Shown here piece after piece: positions 40,357 to 53,200 of a stretch of DNA of 64,000 nt. Position numbers and translations under genes: made by a program. The notes under the pieces were generated by a model. The model was not told where the DNA came from. It was given only the letters and a program-made list of their open reading frames with translations, and did no database searches. Within the stretch, counting starts at the first letter, position 1. Each line of letters starts with the position of its first letter. This DNA comes from Haplodiscus bocki (taxonomy: Eukaryota), in NCBI GenBank assembly GCA_965655095.1, contig OZ296650.1, positions 32,612,001-32,676,000 of the forward strand. Direction: 5' to 3'.

Positions 40357-43204
40357 TGTTACATTGTAAGAGTAGAGTACCTTTTCCGATATTAATTGAA
40401 ATTACTTTTCTCTGGACCCTATCAGTCTGTAGCTGGCTTTAAAATCATCGCTGTTTCCAGTGATTGGTTAAATTTTTTGACAACACATTGTAGTTTGTGT
40501 TTTACAAGGTACGGTTTCAGTTTGAATGGTTCTTTTTTGGCTCTGGATATTGAAAAATTAATTTCCTGCTCAACTTTTCTGATTATGTTATTAGTTTCAA
40601 AACAAGTTCTTCCCAACAGAGTCCTCACAAGCAAAATACTTTGTGTTTCTCTTGCTAAACTGCAAAAAATTGTGTTGGTGTTCCGGGATGCAAATAATAG
40701 TCGATCAGTTTCTTTAGAGAAGGCTCAGTCAAAGCAGACTATTTCAACAAACTTTGAAAAATTTATTCAATTTTTTCAGAAAGTACTGCTACTCGAGATC
40801 TTCAACTACCATACCTTCCTATTACACAACCCCTGAGTTAATTTGAAAACAAAATTGCAAAATGTTTTCACATCAACAGTTTGTTATCCTTCACTACCTA
40901 TTGTGAGTAGATGCAGATTGTTTTCGATAACACCAGTTTTCGTTTAACATAATTGTTCTTCAATGGAATTTTTCAGCCAAAACTGCCAATGTTCTCAATC
41001 GCAAGTGAAAAAAGTCCGTAACACCTTTTCTTCCAATAGCTCTATTTTTGAAAAAACAAAAATGCAGCCATAATTATTCGGTTTTACCTTAGGTTTTCTC
41101 ACACGATGTGCTTTGAAGTAATTTGGAATCTTTTTCTCTTTCGATGATATCATTTTTTGTTCGTTTAAACAAACTTTGGACTCAACCTCCATTTAAATCT
41201 GAAAGTTGATATTTAAAAAAAGTTCCAAGTTGTGAAATTAATTAACATCATTAAAAAATTTTTTTAGATTCACCCTTCTGAGGAAAAATCCATAAAACTC
41301 TGCCGTATAGAAAACACAAAAATGAGAAAACATAAAAAGTTAGCACGTTGGAAGTAGTATAGCTAAAAACAGTTGCAGAAACATAAACCTATATTTCAAA
41401 GCAATGTAACCGAAAAGACAACTTGAATACAACTCGTAATATACTGTAAGTTTTTTTAACTTTTCTGATTTTTTTTCAAAATTTTCTACACTAATCATTT
41501 GGAGATGGAAACTTCTTTTCTTCTGAAGATTGGAAGCGTGAAATCAATCCAGCTCCCGTAACTTTTGTTGAGGTCTATGTTTTTTGTTATTGGTGCCATC
41601 AGGAGATGACAGGAGTCTGGACCTATGTGACAAGACTGCAAAAAAGAGCCGTACAACTGCTTTGAAAACCAATTAAAAAAACTCACAGCTGGAATGTGAT
41701 AAATCATCATGGCTTAATCATTCAGTTTGAATATCGGAAGCGGAATACATTATTCAAACAATTTGGAAAATTTTCAATTTTTGTTACATTGTAAGAGTAG
41801 AGTACCTTTTCCGATATTATTTGAAATTACTTTTCTCTGGACCTTATCAGTCTGTAGCTGGGTTGAAAATCAACGCTGTTTTCAGTGATTGGGTAAATTT
41901 TTTGACAACACATTGTAGTTTGTGTTTTACAAGGTACGGTTTCAGTTTGAATGGTTCTTTTCGGGCTTTGTTTGTTGAAAAGTTAATTTCCTGCTCAAAT
42001 TTTCTGATTATGTTATAAGTTTCAAAACAAGTTCTTCCCAACAGAGTCCTCACCAGCAAAATACTTTGTGTTTCTCTTGCTAAACTGAAAACTTTTCGTT
42101 GGAGTTCCGGGATGCAAATAATTGTCGATCCGTTTTTTTAAAGAAGGCTCAGTCAAAGCAGATTCTTTCAACAAACTTTGAAAATTTAATTTGAATCTTT
42201 CAAAAAACACTGCTACTCAAGATCTTGAACTACCATAATTTCCTATTACTCAATCATGGAGTTAATCTGAAAACAAAATTGCAAAATGTTTTCACACCAA
42301 CAGTTTGTTATCCTTCACTGCCTATTGTGAGTAGATGCAGATTGTTTTCGATAACACCAGTTTTCGTTTAACATAATTGTTTTTTACTGGAATTTTTCAG
42401 TCAAAACCGCCAATTTCCTCAATCGAAACTGAAGGAAGTCTGTAACACCTTTTCTTCCAATAGTTCTTTTTTTGAAAAAACCAAAATGCAGCCTAAAATA
42501 TTAGGTTCTACCTTCGGTTTTCTCACACGATGTGCTTTGAAGTAATTTGGAATCTTTTTCTCTTTTGACGGTATCATTTTTTGATCGTTTAACCATTTTT
42601 TGGGATCGAACTCCATTTAAATCTGAAATTTGATATTAAAAAAATGTTCGGAGTCGTAAAACTGATTAACATCAGTAAAAAACTTTTTTAGTTTCACATT
42701 TCCGAGGAAAAATCCATAAAACTCTGCCGTATAGAAAACACAAAAATGAAAAAACATAAAAAGTTAGCACGTTGGAAGTAGTATAGCTAAAAACAGTTGC
42801 AGAAACATAAACCTATATTTCAAAGCAATGTAACCGAAAAGACAACTTGAATACAACTCGTAATATACTGTAAGTTTTTTTAATTTTTCTGATTTTATTC
42901 AAAATTTTCTACACTAATCTTTTGGAGATGGAAACTTCTTTTCTTCTGAAGATTGGAAGCGTGAAATCAACCCAGCTCCCGTAACTTTTGTTGAGGTCTA
43001 TGTTTTTTGTTATTGGTGCCATCAGGAGATGACAGGAGTCTGGACCTATGTGACAAGACTGCAAAAAAGAGCCGTACAACTGCTTTGAAAACCAATTAAA
43101 AAAACTCACAGCTGGAATGTGATAAATCATCATGGCTTAATCATTCAGTTTGAATATCGGAAGCGGAATACATTATTCAAACAATTTGGAAAATTTTCAA
43201 TTTT

Positions 43205-46200
43205 TGTTACATTGTAAGAGTAGAGTACCTTTTCCGATATTATTTGAAATTACTTTTCTCTGGACCTTATCAGTCTGTAGCTGGGTTGAAAATCAACGCT
43301 GTTTTCAGTGATTGGGTAAATTTTTTGACAACACATTGTAGTTTGTGTTTTACAAGGTACGGTTTCAGTTTGAATGGTTCTTTTCGGGCTTTGTTTGTTG
43401 AAAAGTTAATTTCCTGCTCAAATTTTCTGATTATGTTATAAGTTTCAAAACAAGTTCTTCCCAACAGAGTCCTCACCAGCGAAATACTTCGGGTTTTTCT
43501 TGCTAAACTGCAAAAATTTTTGTTGGAGTTCCGGGATGCAAATAATAGTCGATCCGTTTTTTTAAGGAAGGCTCAGTCAAAGCAGATTCTTTCAACAAAC
43601 TTTGAAAATTTAATTTAACTCTTTCAGAAAGTACTGCTACTCAAGATCTTGAACTACCATAATTTCCTATTACTCAATCATGGAGTTAATTTGAAAAGAA
43701 AATTGCAAAATGTTTTCACATCAACAGTTTGTTATCCTTCACTACCTATTGTGAGTAGATGCAGATTGTTTTCGATAACACCAGTTTTCGTTTAACATAT
43801 TTGTTTTTTACTGGAATTTTGCAGCCAAAACCGCCAATTTCCTCAATCGAAACTGAAGGAAGTCCGTAACACCTTTTCTTCCAATAGTTCTATTCTTGAA
43901 AAAACCAAAATGCAGCCTTAAATATTAGGTTCTACTTCGGTTTTCTCACACGATGAGCTTTGAAGTAATTTGGAATCTTTTTCTCTTTCGATGATGTCAT
44001 TTTTTGTTCGTTTAAACAAACTTTGGACTCGAACTCCTTTTACATTTGAAAGTTGATATTAAAAAAATGTTCGAAATTGTAAAATTGATTAACATCAGTA
44101 AAAAACTTTTTTAGATTCATATTTCTAAGGAAAAATCCATAAAACTCTGGCGTATAGAAAACACAAAAATGAAAAAACATAAAAAGTTAGCACGTTGAAA
44201 GTAGTATAGCTAAAAACAGTTGCAGAAACATAAGCCTATAACTCAAAGCAATGTAACCAAAAAGACAACTTGAATACAACTCGTAATATACTGTGAGTTT
44301 TTTTGATTTTTTCTATTTTTTTACAAATTTTCTACACTAATTTTTTGGAGATGGAAACTTCTTTTCTTCTGAAGATTGGAAGCGTGAAATCAACCCAGCT
44401 CCCGTAACTTTTGTTGAGGTTTCATGTTTTTTGTTATTGGTGCCATCAGGAGATGACAGGAGTCTGGACTTATGTCACAAGACTGCAAAAAAGAGCCGTA
44501 CAACTGCTTTGAAAACCAATTTAAAAAACTCACAGCTGGAATGTGATAAATTATCAAGGCTTAATCAATCAGTTTGAAGTTCCGGGAGCGGAATACATTA
44601 TTCAAACTCTTTTGGTAAAATTTCAATTTGTTACATTGTAAGAGTAGAGTGCCTTTCCGATATTAATTGAAATTACATTTCTCTGGATCCTGTCAGTGTG
44701 TAGCTGGGTTAAAAATCATCGCTGTTTTCAGTGATTGGGTAAGTTCTTTGACAACACATTGTAGTTTGTGTTTTACAAGGTACGGTTTCAGTTTGAATGG
44801 TTGTTTTTGGGCTTTGTATATTGAAAAGTTAAATTCCTGCCCAACTTTTCTGATTATGTTATAAGTTTCAAAACAAAATTCTTCCCAACAGAGTCCTCAC
44901 AAGCAAAATACTTTGGGTTTTTCTCGCTAAACTGCAAAAATTTTTGTTGGAGTTCCGGGATGCAAATAATAATCGATCAGTTTTCTGAAAGAAGGCACAG
45001 TCGAAGCAGATTCTTTCAACAAACTTTGAAAATTTAATTTATATCTTTCAGAAAGTACTGCTACTCAAGATCTTCAACTACCATAACTTCCTATTACTCA
45101 ATCATGGAGTTAATTTGAAAACAAAATTGCAAAATGTTTTCACATCAACAGTTTGTTATCCTTCACTACCTTTGTGAGCAGATGCAGATTGTTTTCGATA
45201 ACACCAGTTTTCGTTTAACATAATTGTTTTTTACTGGAATTTTTCAGCCAAAACCGCCAATTTCCTCAATCGAAACTGAAGGAAGTCCGTAACACCTTTT
45301 CTTCCAATAGTTCTATTTTTGAAAAAACCAAAATGCAGCCTTAAATATTAGGTTCTACCTTCGGTTTTCTCACACGATGTGCTTTGAAGTAATTTGGAAT
45401 CTTTTTCTCTTTTGACGGTATCATTTTCTGTTCGTTTAACCATTTTTTGGAATCGAACTCCATTTAAATCTGAACTTTGATATTAAAAAAATGTTCGGAG
45501 TCGTAAAACTGATTAACATCAGTAAAAAAATTTTTTAAATTCACATTTCCGAGGAAAAATCCATAAAACTCTGCCGTATAGAAAACACAAAAATGAAAAA
45601 ACATAAAAAGTTAGCACGTTGGAAGTAGTATAGCTAAAAACAGTTGCAGAAACATAAACCTATATTTCAAAGCAATGTAACCGAAAAGACAACTTGAATA
45701 CAACTCGTAATATACTGTAAGTTTTTTTAATTTTTCTGATTTTTTTCAAAATTTTCTACACTAATCTTTTGGAGATGGAAACTTCTTTTCTTCTGAAGAT
45801 TGGAAGCGTGAAATCAACCCAGCTCCCGTAACTTTTGTTGAGGTCTATGTTTTTTGTTATTGGTGCCATCAGGAGATGACAGGAGTCTGGACCTATGTGA
45901 CAAGACTGCAAAAAAGAGCCGTACAACTGCTTTGAAAACCAATTAAAAAAACTCACAGCTGGAATGTGATAAATCATCATGGCTTAATCATTCAGTTTGA
46001 ATATCGGAAGCGGAATACATTATTCAAACAATTTGGAAAATTTTCAATTTTTGTTACATTGTAAGAGTAGAGTACCTTTTCCGATATTATTTGAAATTAC
46101 TTTTCTCTGGACCTTATCAGTCTGTAGCTGGGTTGAAAATCAACGCTGTTTTCAGTGATTGGGTAAATTTTTTGACAACACATTGTAGTTTGTGTTTTAC

Positions 46201-48897
46201 AAGGTACGGTTTCAGTTTGAATGGTTCTTTTCGGGCTTTGTTTGTTGAAAAGTTAATTTCCTGCTCAAATTTTCTGATTATGTTATAAGTTTCAAAACAA
46301 GTTCTTCCCAACAGAGTCCTCACCAGCGAAATACTTCGGGTTTTTCTTGCTAAACTGCAAAAATTTTTGTTGGAGTTCCGGGATGCAAATAATAGTCGAT
46401 CCGTTTTTTTAAGGAAGGCTCAGTCAAAGCAGATTCTTTCAACAAACTTTGAAAATTTAATTTAACTCTTTCAGAAAGTACTGCTACTCAAGATCTTGAA
46501 CTACCATAATTTCCTATTACTCAATCATGGAGTTAATTTGAAAAGAAAATTGCAAAATGTTTTCACATCAACAGTTTGTTATCCTTCACTACCTATTGTG
46601 AGTAGATGCAGATTGTTTTCGATAACACCAGTTTTCGTTTAACATATTTGTTTTTTACTGGAATTTTGCAGCCAAAACCGCCAATTTCCTCAATCGAAAC
46701 TGAAGGAAGTCCGTAACACCTTTTCTTCCAATAGTTCTATTCTTGAAAAAACCAAAATGCAGCCTTAAATATTAGGTTCTACTTCGGTTTTCTCACACGA
46801 TGAGCTTTGAAGTAATTTGGAATCTTTTTCTCTTTCGATGATGTCATTTTTTGTTCGTTTAAACAAACTTTGGACTCGAACTCCTTTTACATTTGAAAGT
46901 TGATATTAAAAAAATGTTCGAAATTGTAAAATTGATTAACATCAGTAAAAAACTTTTTTAGATTCATATTTCTAAGGAAAAATCCATAAAACTCTGGCGT
47001 ATAGAAAACACAAAAATGAAAAAACATAAAAAGTTAGCACGTTGAAAGTAGTATAGCTAAAAACAGTTGCAGAAACATAAGCCTATAACTCAAAGCAATG
47101 TAACCAAAAAGACAACTTGAATACAACTCGTAATATACTGTGAGTTTTTTTGATTTTTTCTATTTTTTTACAAATTTTCTACACTAATTTTTTGGAGATG
47201 GAAACTTCTTTTCTTCTGAAGATTGGAAGCGTGAAATCAACCCAGCTCCCGTAACTTTTGTTGAGGTTTCATGTTTTTTGTTATTGGTGCCATCAGGAGA
47301 TGACAGGAGTCTGGACTTATGTCACAAGACTGCAAAAAAGAGCCGTACAACTGCTTTGAAAACCAATTTAAAAAACTCACAGCTGGAATGTGATAAATTA
47401 TCAAGGCTTAATCAATCAGTTTGAAGTTCCGGGAGCGGAATACATTATTCAAACTCTTTTGGTAAAATTTCAATTTGTTACATTGTAAGAGTAGAGTGCC
47501 TTTCCGATATTAATTGAAATTACATTTCTCTGGATCCTGTCAGTGTGTAGCTGGGTTAAAAATCATCGCTGTTTTCAGTGATTGGGTAAGTTCTTTGACA
47601 ACACATTGTAGTTTGTGTTTTACAAGGTACGGTTTCAGTTTGAATGGTTGTTTTTGGGCTTTGTATATTGAAAAGTTAAATTCCTGCCCAACTTTTCTGA
47701 TTATGTTATAAGTTTCAAAACAAATTCTTCCCAACAGAGTCCTCACAAGCAAAATACTTTGGGTTTTTCTCGCTAAACTGCAAAAATTTTTGTTGGAGTT
47801 CCGGGATGCAAATAATAATCGATCAGTTTTCTGAAAGAAGGCACAGTCGAAGCAGATTCTTTCAACAAACTTTGAAAATTTAATTTATATCTTTCAGAAA
47901 GTACTGCTACTCAAGATCTTCAACTACCATAACTTCCTATTACTCAATCATGGAGTTAATTTGAAAACAAAATTGCAAAATGTTTTCACATCAACAGTTT
48001 GTTATCCTTCACTACCTTTGTGAGCAGATGCAGATTGTTTTCGATAACACCAGTTTTCGTTTAACATAATTGTTTTTTACTGGAATTTTTCAGCCAAAAC
48101 CGCCAATTTCCTCAATCGAAACTGAAGGAAGTCCGTAACACCTTTTCTTCCAATAGTTCTATTTTTGAAAAAACCAAAATGCAGCCTTAAATATTAGGTT
48201 CTACCTTCGGTTTTCTCACACGATGTGCTTTGAAGTAATTTGGAATCTTTTTCTCTTTTGACGGTATCATTTTCTGTTCGTTTAACCATTTTTTGGAATC
48301 GAACTCCATTTAAATCTGAACTTTGATATTAAAAAAATGTTCGGAGTCGTAAAACTGATTAACATCAGTAAAAAAATTTTTTAAATTCACATTTCCGAGG
48401 AAAAATCCATAAAACTCTGCCGTATAGAAAACACAAAAATGAAAAAACATAAAAAGTTAGCACGTTGGAAGTAGTATAGCTAAAAACAGTTGCAGAAACA
48501 TAAACCTATATTTCAAAGCAATGTAACCGAAAAGACAACTTGAATACAACTCGTAATATACTGTAAGTTTTTTTAATTTTTCTGATTTTTTTCAAAATTT
48601 TCTACACTAATCTTTTGGAGATGGAAACTTCTTTTCTTCTGAAGATTGGAAGCGTGAAATCAACCCAGCTCCCGTAACTTTTGTTGAGGTCTATGTTTTT
48701 TGTTATTGGTGCCATCAGGAGATGACAGGAGTCTGGACCTATGTGACAAGACTGCAAAAAAGAGCCGTACAACTGCTTTGAAAACCAATTAAAAAAACTC
48801 ACAGCTGGAATGTGATAAATCATCATGGCTTAATCATTCAGTTTGAATATCGGAAGCGGAATACATTATTCAAACAATTTGGAAAAATTTCAATTTT
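43205..48897. repeat. Dimeric higher-order repeat, 2 x ~2847 bp, nearly identical
   Basis: ORF pairs 43244/46091, 44667/47514 and 45756/48602 are identical. Shared private variants: caccagcgaaa, gatgagcttt, tcagtgtgtagc. Confidence 0.95.
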
Positions 48898-50224
48898 TGT
48901 TACATTGTAAGAGTAGAGTACCTTTTCCGATATTAATTGAAATGACTTTTCTCTGGACTTTATCAGTCTCAGCTGGGTTGAAAGTCAACGCTGTTTTCAG
49001 TGATTGGGTAAATTTTTTGACAACACATTGTAGTTTGTGTTTTACAAGGTACGGTTTCAGTTTGAATGGTTCTTTTCGGGCTTTGTTTGTTGAAAAGTTA
49101 ATTTCCTGCAAAAATTTTTGTTGGAGTTTCGGGATGCAAATAATAGTCGATCCGTTTTTTTAAAGAAGGCTCAGTCAAAGCAGATTCTTTCAACAAACTT
49201 TTAAAATTTAATTTAACTCTTTCAGAAAGTACTGCTACTCAAGATCTTGAACTACCATAATTTCCTATTACTCAATCATGGAGTTAATTTGAAAACAAAA
49301 TTGCAAAATGTTTTCACATCAACAGTTTGTTATCCTTCACTACCTATTGTGAGTAGATGCAGATTGTTTTCGATAACACCAGTTTTCGTTTAACATATTT
49401 GTTTTTTACTGGAATTTTGGAGCCAAAACCACCAATTTCCTCAATCGAAACTGAAGGAAGTCCGTAACACCTTTTCTTCCAATAGTTCTATTTTTGAAAA
49501 AACCAAAATGCAGCCTTAAATATTAGGTTCTACTTCGGTTTTCTCACACGATGTGTTTTGAAGTAATTTGGAATCTTTTTCTCTTTCGATGATATCTTTT
49601 TTTGTTCGTTTAAACAAACTTTGGACTCAACCTCCACTTAAATCTGAAAGTTGATATTAAAAAAAAGTTCCAAGTTGTGAAATTGATTAACATCATTAAA
49701 AAAGTTTTTTAGATTCACATTTCTGAGGAAAAATCCATAAAACTCTGCCGTATAGAAAACACAAAATTGAAAAAACATAAAAAGTTAGCACGTTGGAAGT
49801 AGTGTAGCTAAAAACATTTGAAGAAACTTAAACCTATAACTCAAAGCAATGTAACCGAAAAGACAACTTGAATACAACTCGTAATATACTGTGAGTTTTT
49901 TTGATTTTTTCTATTTTTTTACAAATTTTCTACACTAATTTTTTGGAGATGGAAACTTCTTTTCTTCTGAAGATTGGAAGCGTGAAATCAACCCAGCTCC
50001 CGTAACTTTTGTTGAGGTTTCATGTTTTTTGTTATTGGTGCCATCAAGAGATGACAGGAGTCTGGACTTATGTCACAAGACTGCAAAAAAGAGCCGTACA
50101 ACTGCTTTGAAAACCAATTAAAAAAACTCACAGCTGGAATGTGATAAATCATCATGTTTTAATCATTCAGTTTGAATATCGGAAGCGGAATATATTACTC
50201 AAACAATTTGGAAAGTTTTCAATT
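48898..50224. repeat. B monomer with a 94-bp internal deletion (1327 bp)
   Basis: atttcCTGCaaaaatttttg at 49101-49120. The intact copy has CTGC at 46261 and again at 46355. Confidence 0.95.
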
Positions 50225-53200
50225 TGTTACATTGTAAGAGTAGAGTACCTTTTCCGATATTAATTGAAATTACTTTTCTCTGGACCTTATCAGTCTGTAG
50301 CTGGGTTGAAAATCATCGCTGTTTTCAGTGATTGGGTAAGTTTTTTGACAACACATTGTAGTTTGTGTTTTACAAGGTACGGTTTCAGTTTGAATGGTTG
50401 TTTTTGGGTTTGTATATTGAAAAGTTAATTTCCTGCCCAACTTTTCTGATTATGTTATAAGTTTCAAAACAAATTCTTCCCAACAGAGTCCTCACAAGCA
50501 AAATACTTTGGGTTTTTCTCGCTAAACTGCAAAAATTTTTGTTGGAGTTCCGGGATGCAAATAATAATCGATCCGTTTTCTGAAAGAAGGCACAGTCAAA
50601 GCAGATTCTTTCAACAAACTTTGAAAATTTAATTTATATCTTTCAGAAAGTACTGCTACTCAAGATCTTCAACTATCATAACTTCCTATTACTCAATCAT
50701 GGAGTTAATTTGAAAACAAAATTGCAAAATGTTTTCACATCAACAGTTTGTTATCCTTCACTACCTTTGTGAGCAGATGCAGATTGTTTTCGATAACACC
50801 GGTTTTCGTTTAACATATTTGTTTTTTAATGGACTTTTTCAGCCAAAACCACCAATTTCCTCAATCGAAACTGAAAGAAGTCCGTAACACCTTTTCTTCC
50901 AATAGTTCTATATTTGAAAAAACCAAAATGCAGCCATAATTATTAGGTTCTACCTTCGGTTTTCTCACACGATGTGCTTTGAAGTAATTTGGAATCTTTT
51001 TCTCTTTTAACGGTATCATTTGTTGTTCGTTTAACCAAACTTTGGACTAGAACTCCTTTTACATTTGAAAGTTGATATTAAAAAAATGTTCGAAATTGTA
51101 AAATTGATTAACATCAGTAAAAAACTTTTTTAGATTCATATTTCTAAGGAAAAATCCATAAAACTCTGGCGTATAGAAAACACAAAAATGAAAAAACATA
51201 AAAAGTTAGCACGTTGAAAGTAGTATAGCTAAAAACAGTTGCAGAAACATAAGCCTATAACTCAAAGCAATGTAACCAAAAAGACAACTTGAATACAACT
51301 CGTAATATACTGTGAGTTTTTTTGATTTTTTCTATTTTTTTACAAATTTTCTACACTAATTTTTTGGAGATGGAAACTTCTTTTCTTCTGAAGATTGGAA
51401 GCGTGAAATCAACCCAGCTCCCGTAACTTTTGTTGAGGTTTCATGTTTTTTGTTATTGGTGCCATCAGGAGATGACAGGAGTCTGGACTTATGTCACAAG
51501 ACTGCAAAAAAGAGCCGTACAACTGCTTTGAAAACCAATTTAAAAAACTCACAGCTGGAATGTGATAAATTATCAAGGCTTAATCAATCAGTTTGAAGTT
51601 CCGGGAGCGGAATACATTATTCAAACTCTTTTGGTAAAATTTCAATTTGTTACATTGTAAGAGTAGAGTGCCTTTCCGATATTAATTGAAATTACGTTTC
51701 TCTGGATCCTGTCAGTCTGTAGCTGGGTTAAAAATCATCGCTTTTTTCAGTGATTGGGTAAGTTCTTTGACAACACATTGTAGTTTGTGTTTTACAAGGT
51801 ACGGTTTCAGTTTGAATGGTTGTTTTTGGGCTTTGTATATTGAAAAGTTAATTTCCTGCCCAACTTTTCTGATTATGTTATAAGTTTCAAAACAAATTCT
51901 TCCCAACAGAGTCCTCACAAGCAAAATACTTTGGGTTTCTCTGGCTAAACTGCAAAAACTTTTGTTGGAGTTGCGGTATGCAAATAATAGTCGATCAGTT
52001 TTTTAGAGAAGGCTCAGTCAAAGCAGATTCTTTCAACAAACTTTGAAAATTTAAATTATATCTTTCAGAAAGTACTGCTACTCAAGATCTTCAACTACCA
52101 TAACTTCCTATTACTCAATCATGGAGTTAATTTGAAAACAAAATTGCAAAATGTTTTCACATCAACAGTTTGTTATCCTTCACTACCTTTGTGAGCAGAT
52201 GCAGATTGTTTTCGATAACACCGGTTTTCGTTTAACATATTTGTTTTTTAATGGAATTTTTCAGCCAAAACCACCAATTTCCTCAATCGAAACTGAAGGA
52301 AGTCCGTAACACCTTTTCTTCCGATAGTTCTATTTTTGAAAAAACCAAAATGCAGCCATAATTATTAGGTTCTACCTTCGGTTTTCTCACACGATGTGCT
52401 TTGAAGTAATTTGGAATCTTTTTCTCTTTTAATGGTATCATTTGTTGTTCGTTTAACCAAACTTTGGACTCGAACTCCTTTTACGTTTGAAAGTTGATAT
52501 TAAAAAAATGTTCGAAATTGTAAAATTGATTAACATCAGTAAAAAACTTTTTTAGATTCATATTTCTAAGGAAAAATCCATAAAACTCTGGCGTATAGAA
52601 AACACAAAAATGAAAAAACATAAAAAGTTAGCACGTTGAAAGTAGTATAGCTAAAAGCAGTTGCAGAAACATAAACCTATAACTCAAAGCAATGTAACCG
52701 AAAAGAGAACTTGAATACAACTCGTAATATACTGTGAGTTTTTTTAATTTTTTCGATTTTTTCATAAATTTTCTACACTAATCTTTTGGAGATGGAAGTT
52801 TCTTTTCTTTTGAAAACTGGAAGCGTGAAATCAACCCAGCTCTCCTAATTTTTGTTGATGTTTGAAGTTTTTTGTTATTGGTGCCATCAAGAGATGACAG
52901 GAGTCTTGACTTATGTCACAACACTGGAAAAAAGAACCGTATAACTGCTTTGGAAACCAATTAAAAAAACTCACAGCTAGAAGGTGATAAATCATCATGG
53001 CTGAATCATTCAGTTTGAAGTTTCGGAATCGGAATACAATATTCAAACTCTTTTGGAAAATTTTCAACTTGTTACATTGTAAGAGTAGAGTACCTTTTCC
53101 GATATTAATTGAAATTACTTTTCTCTGGACCCTATCAGTCTGTAGCTGGGTTGAAAATCATCGCTGTTTTCAGTGTTTGGGTAAATTTTTTGACAACACA

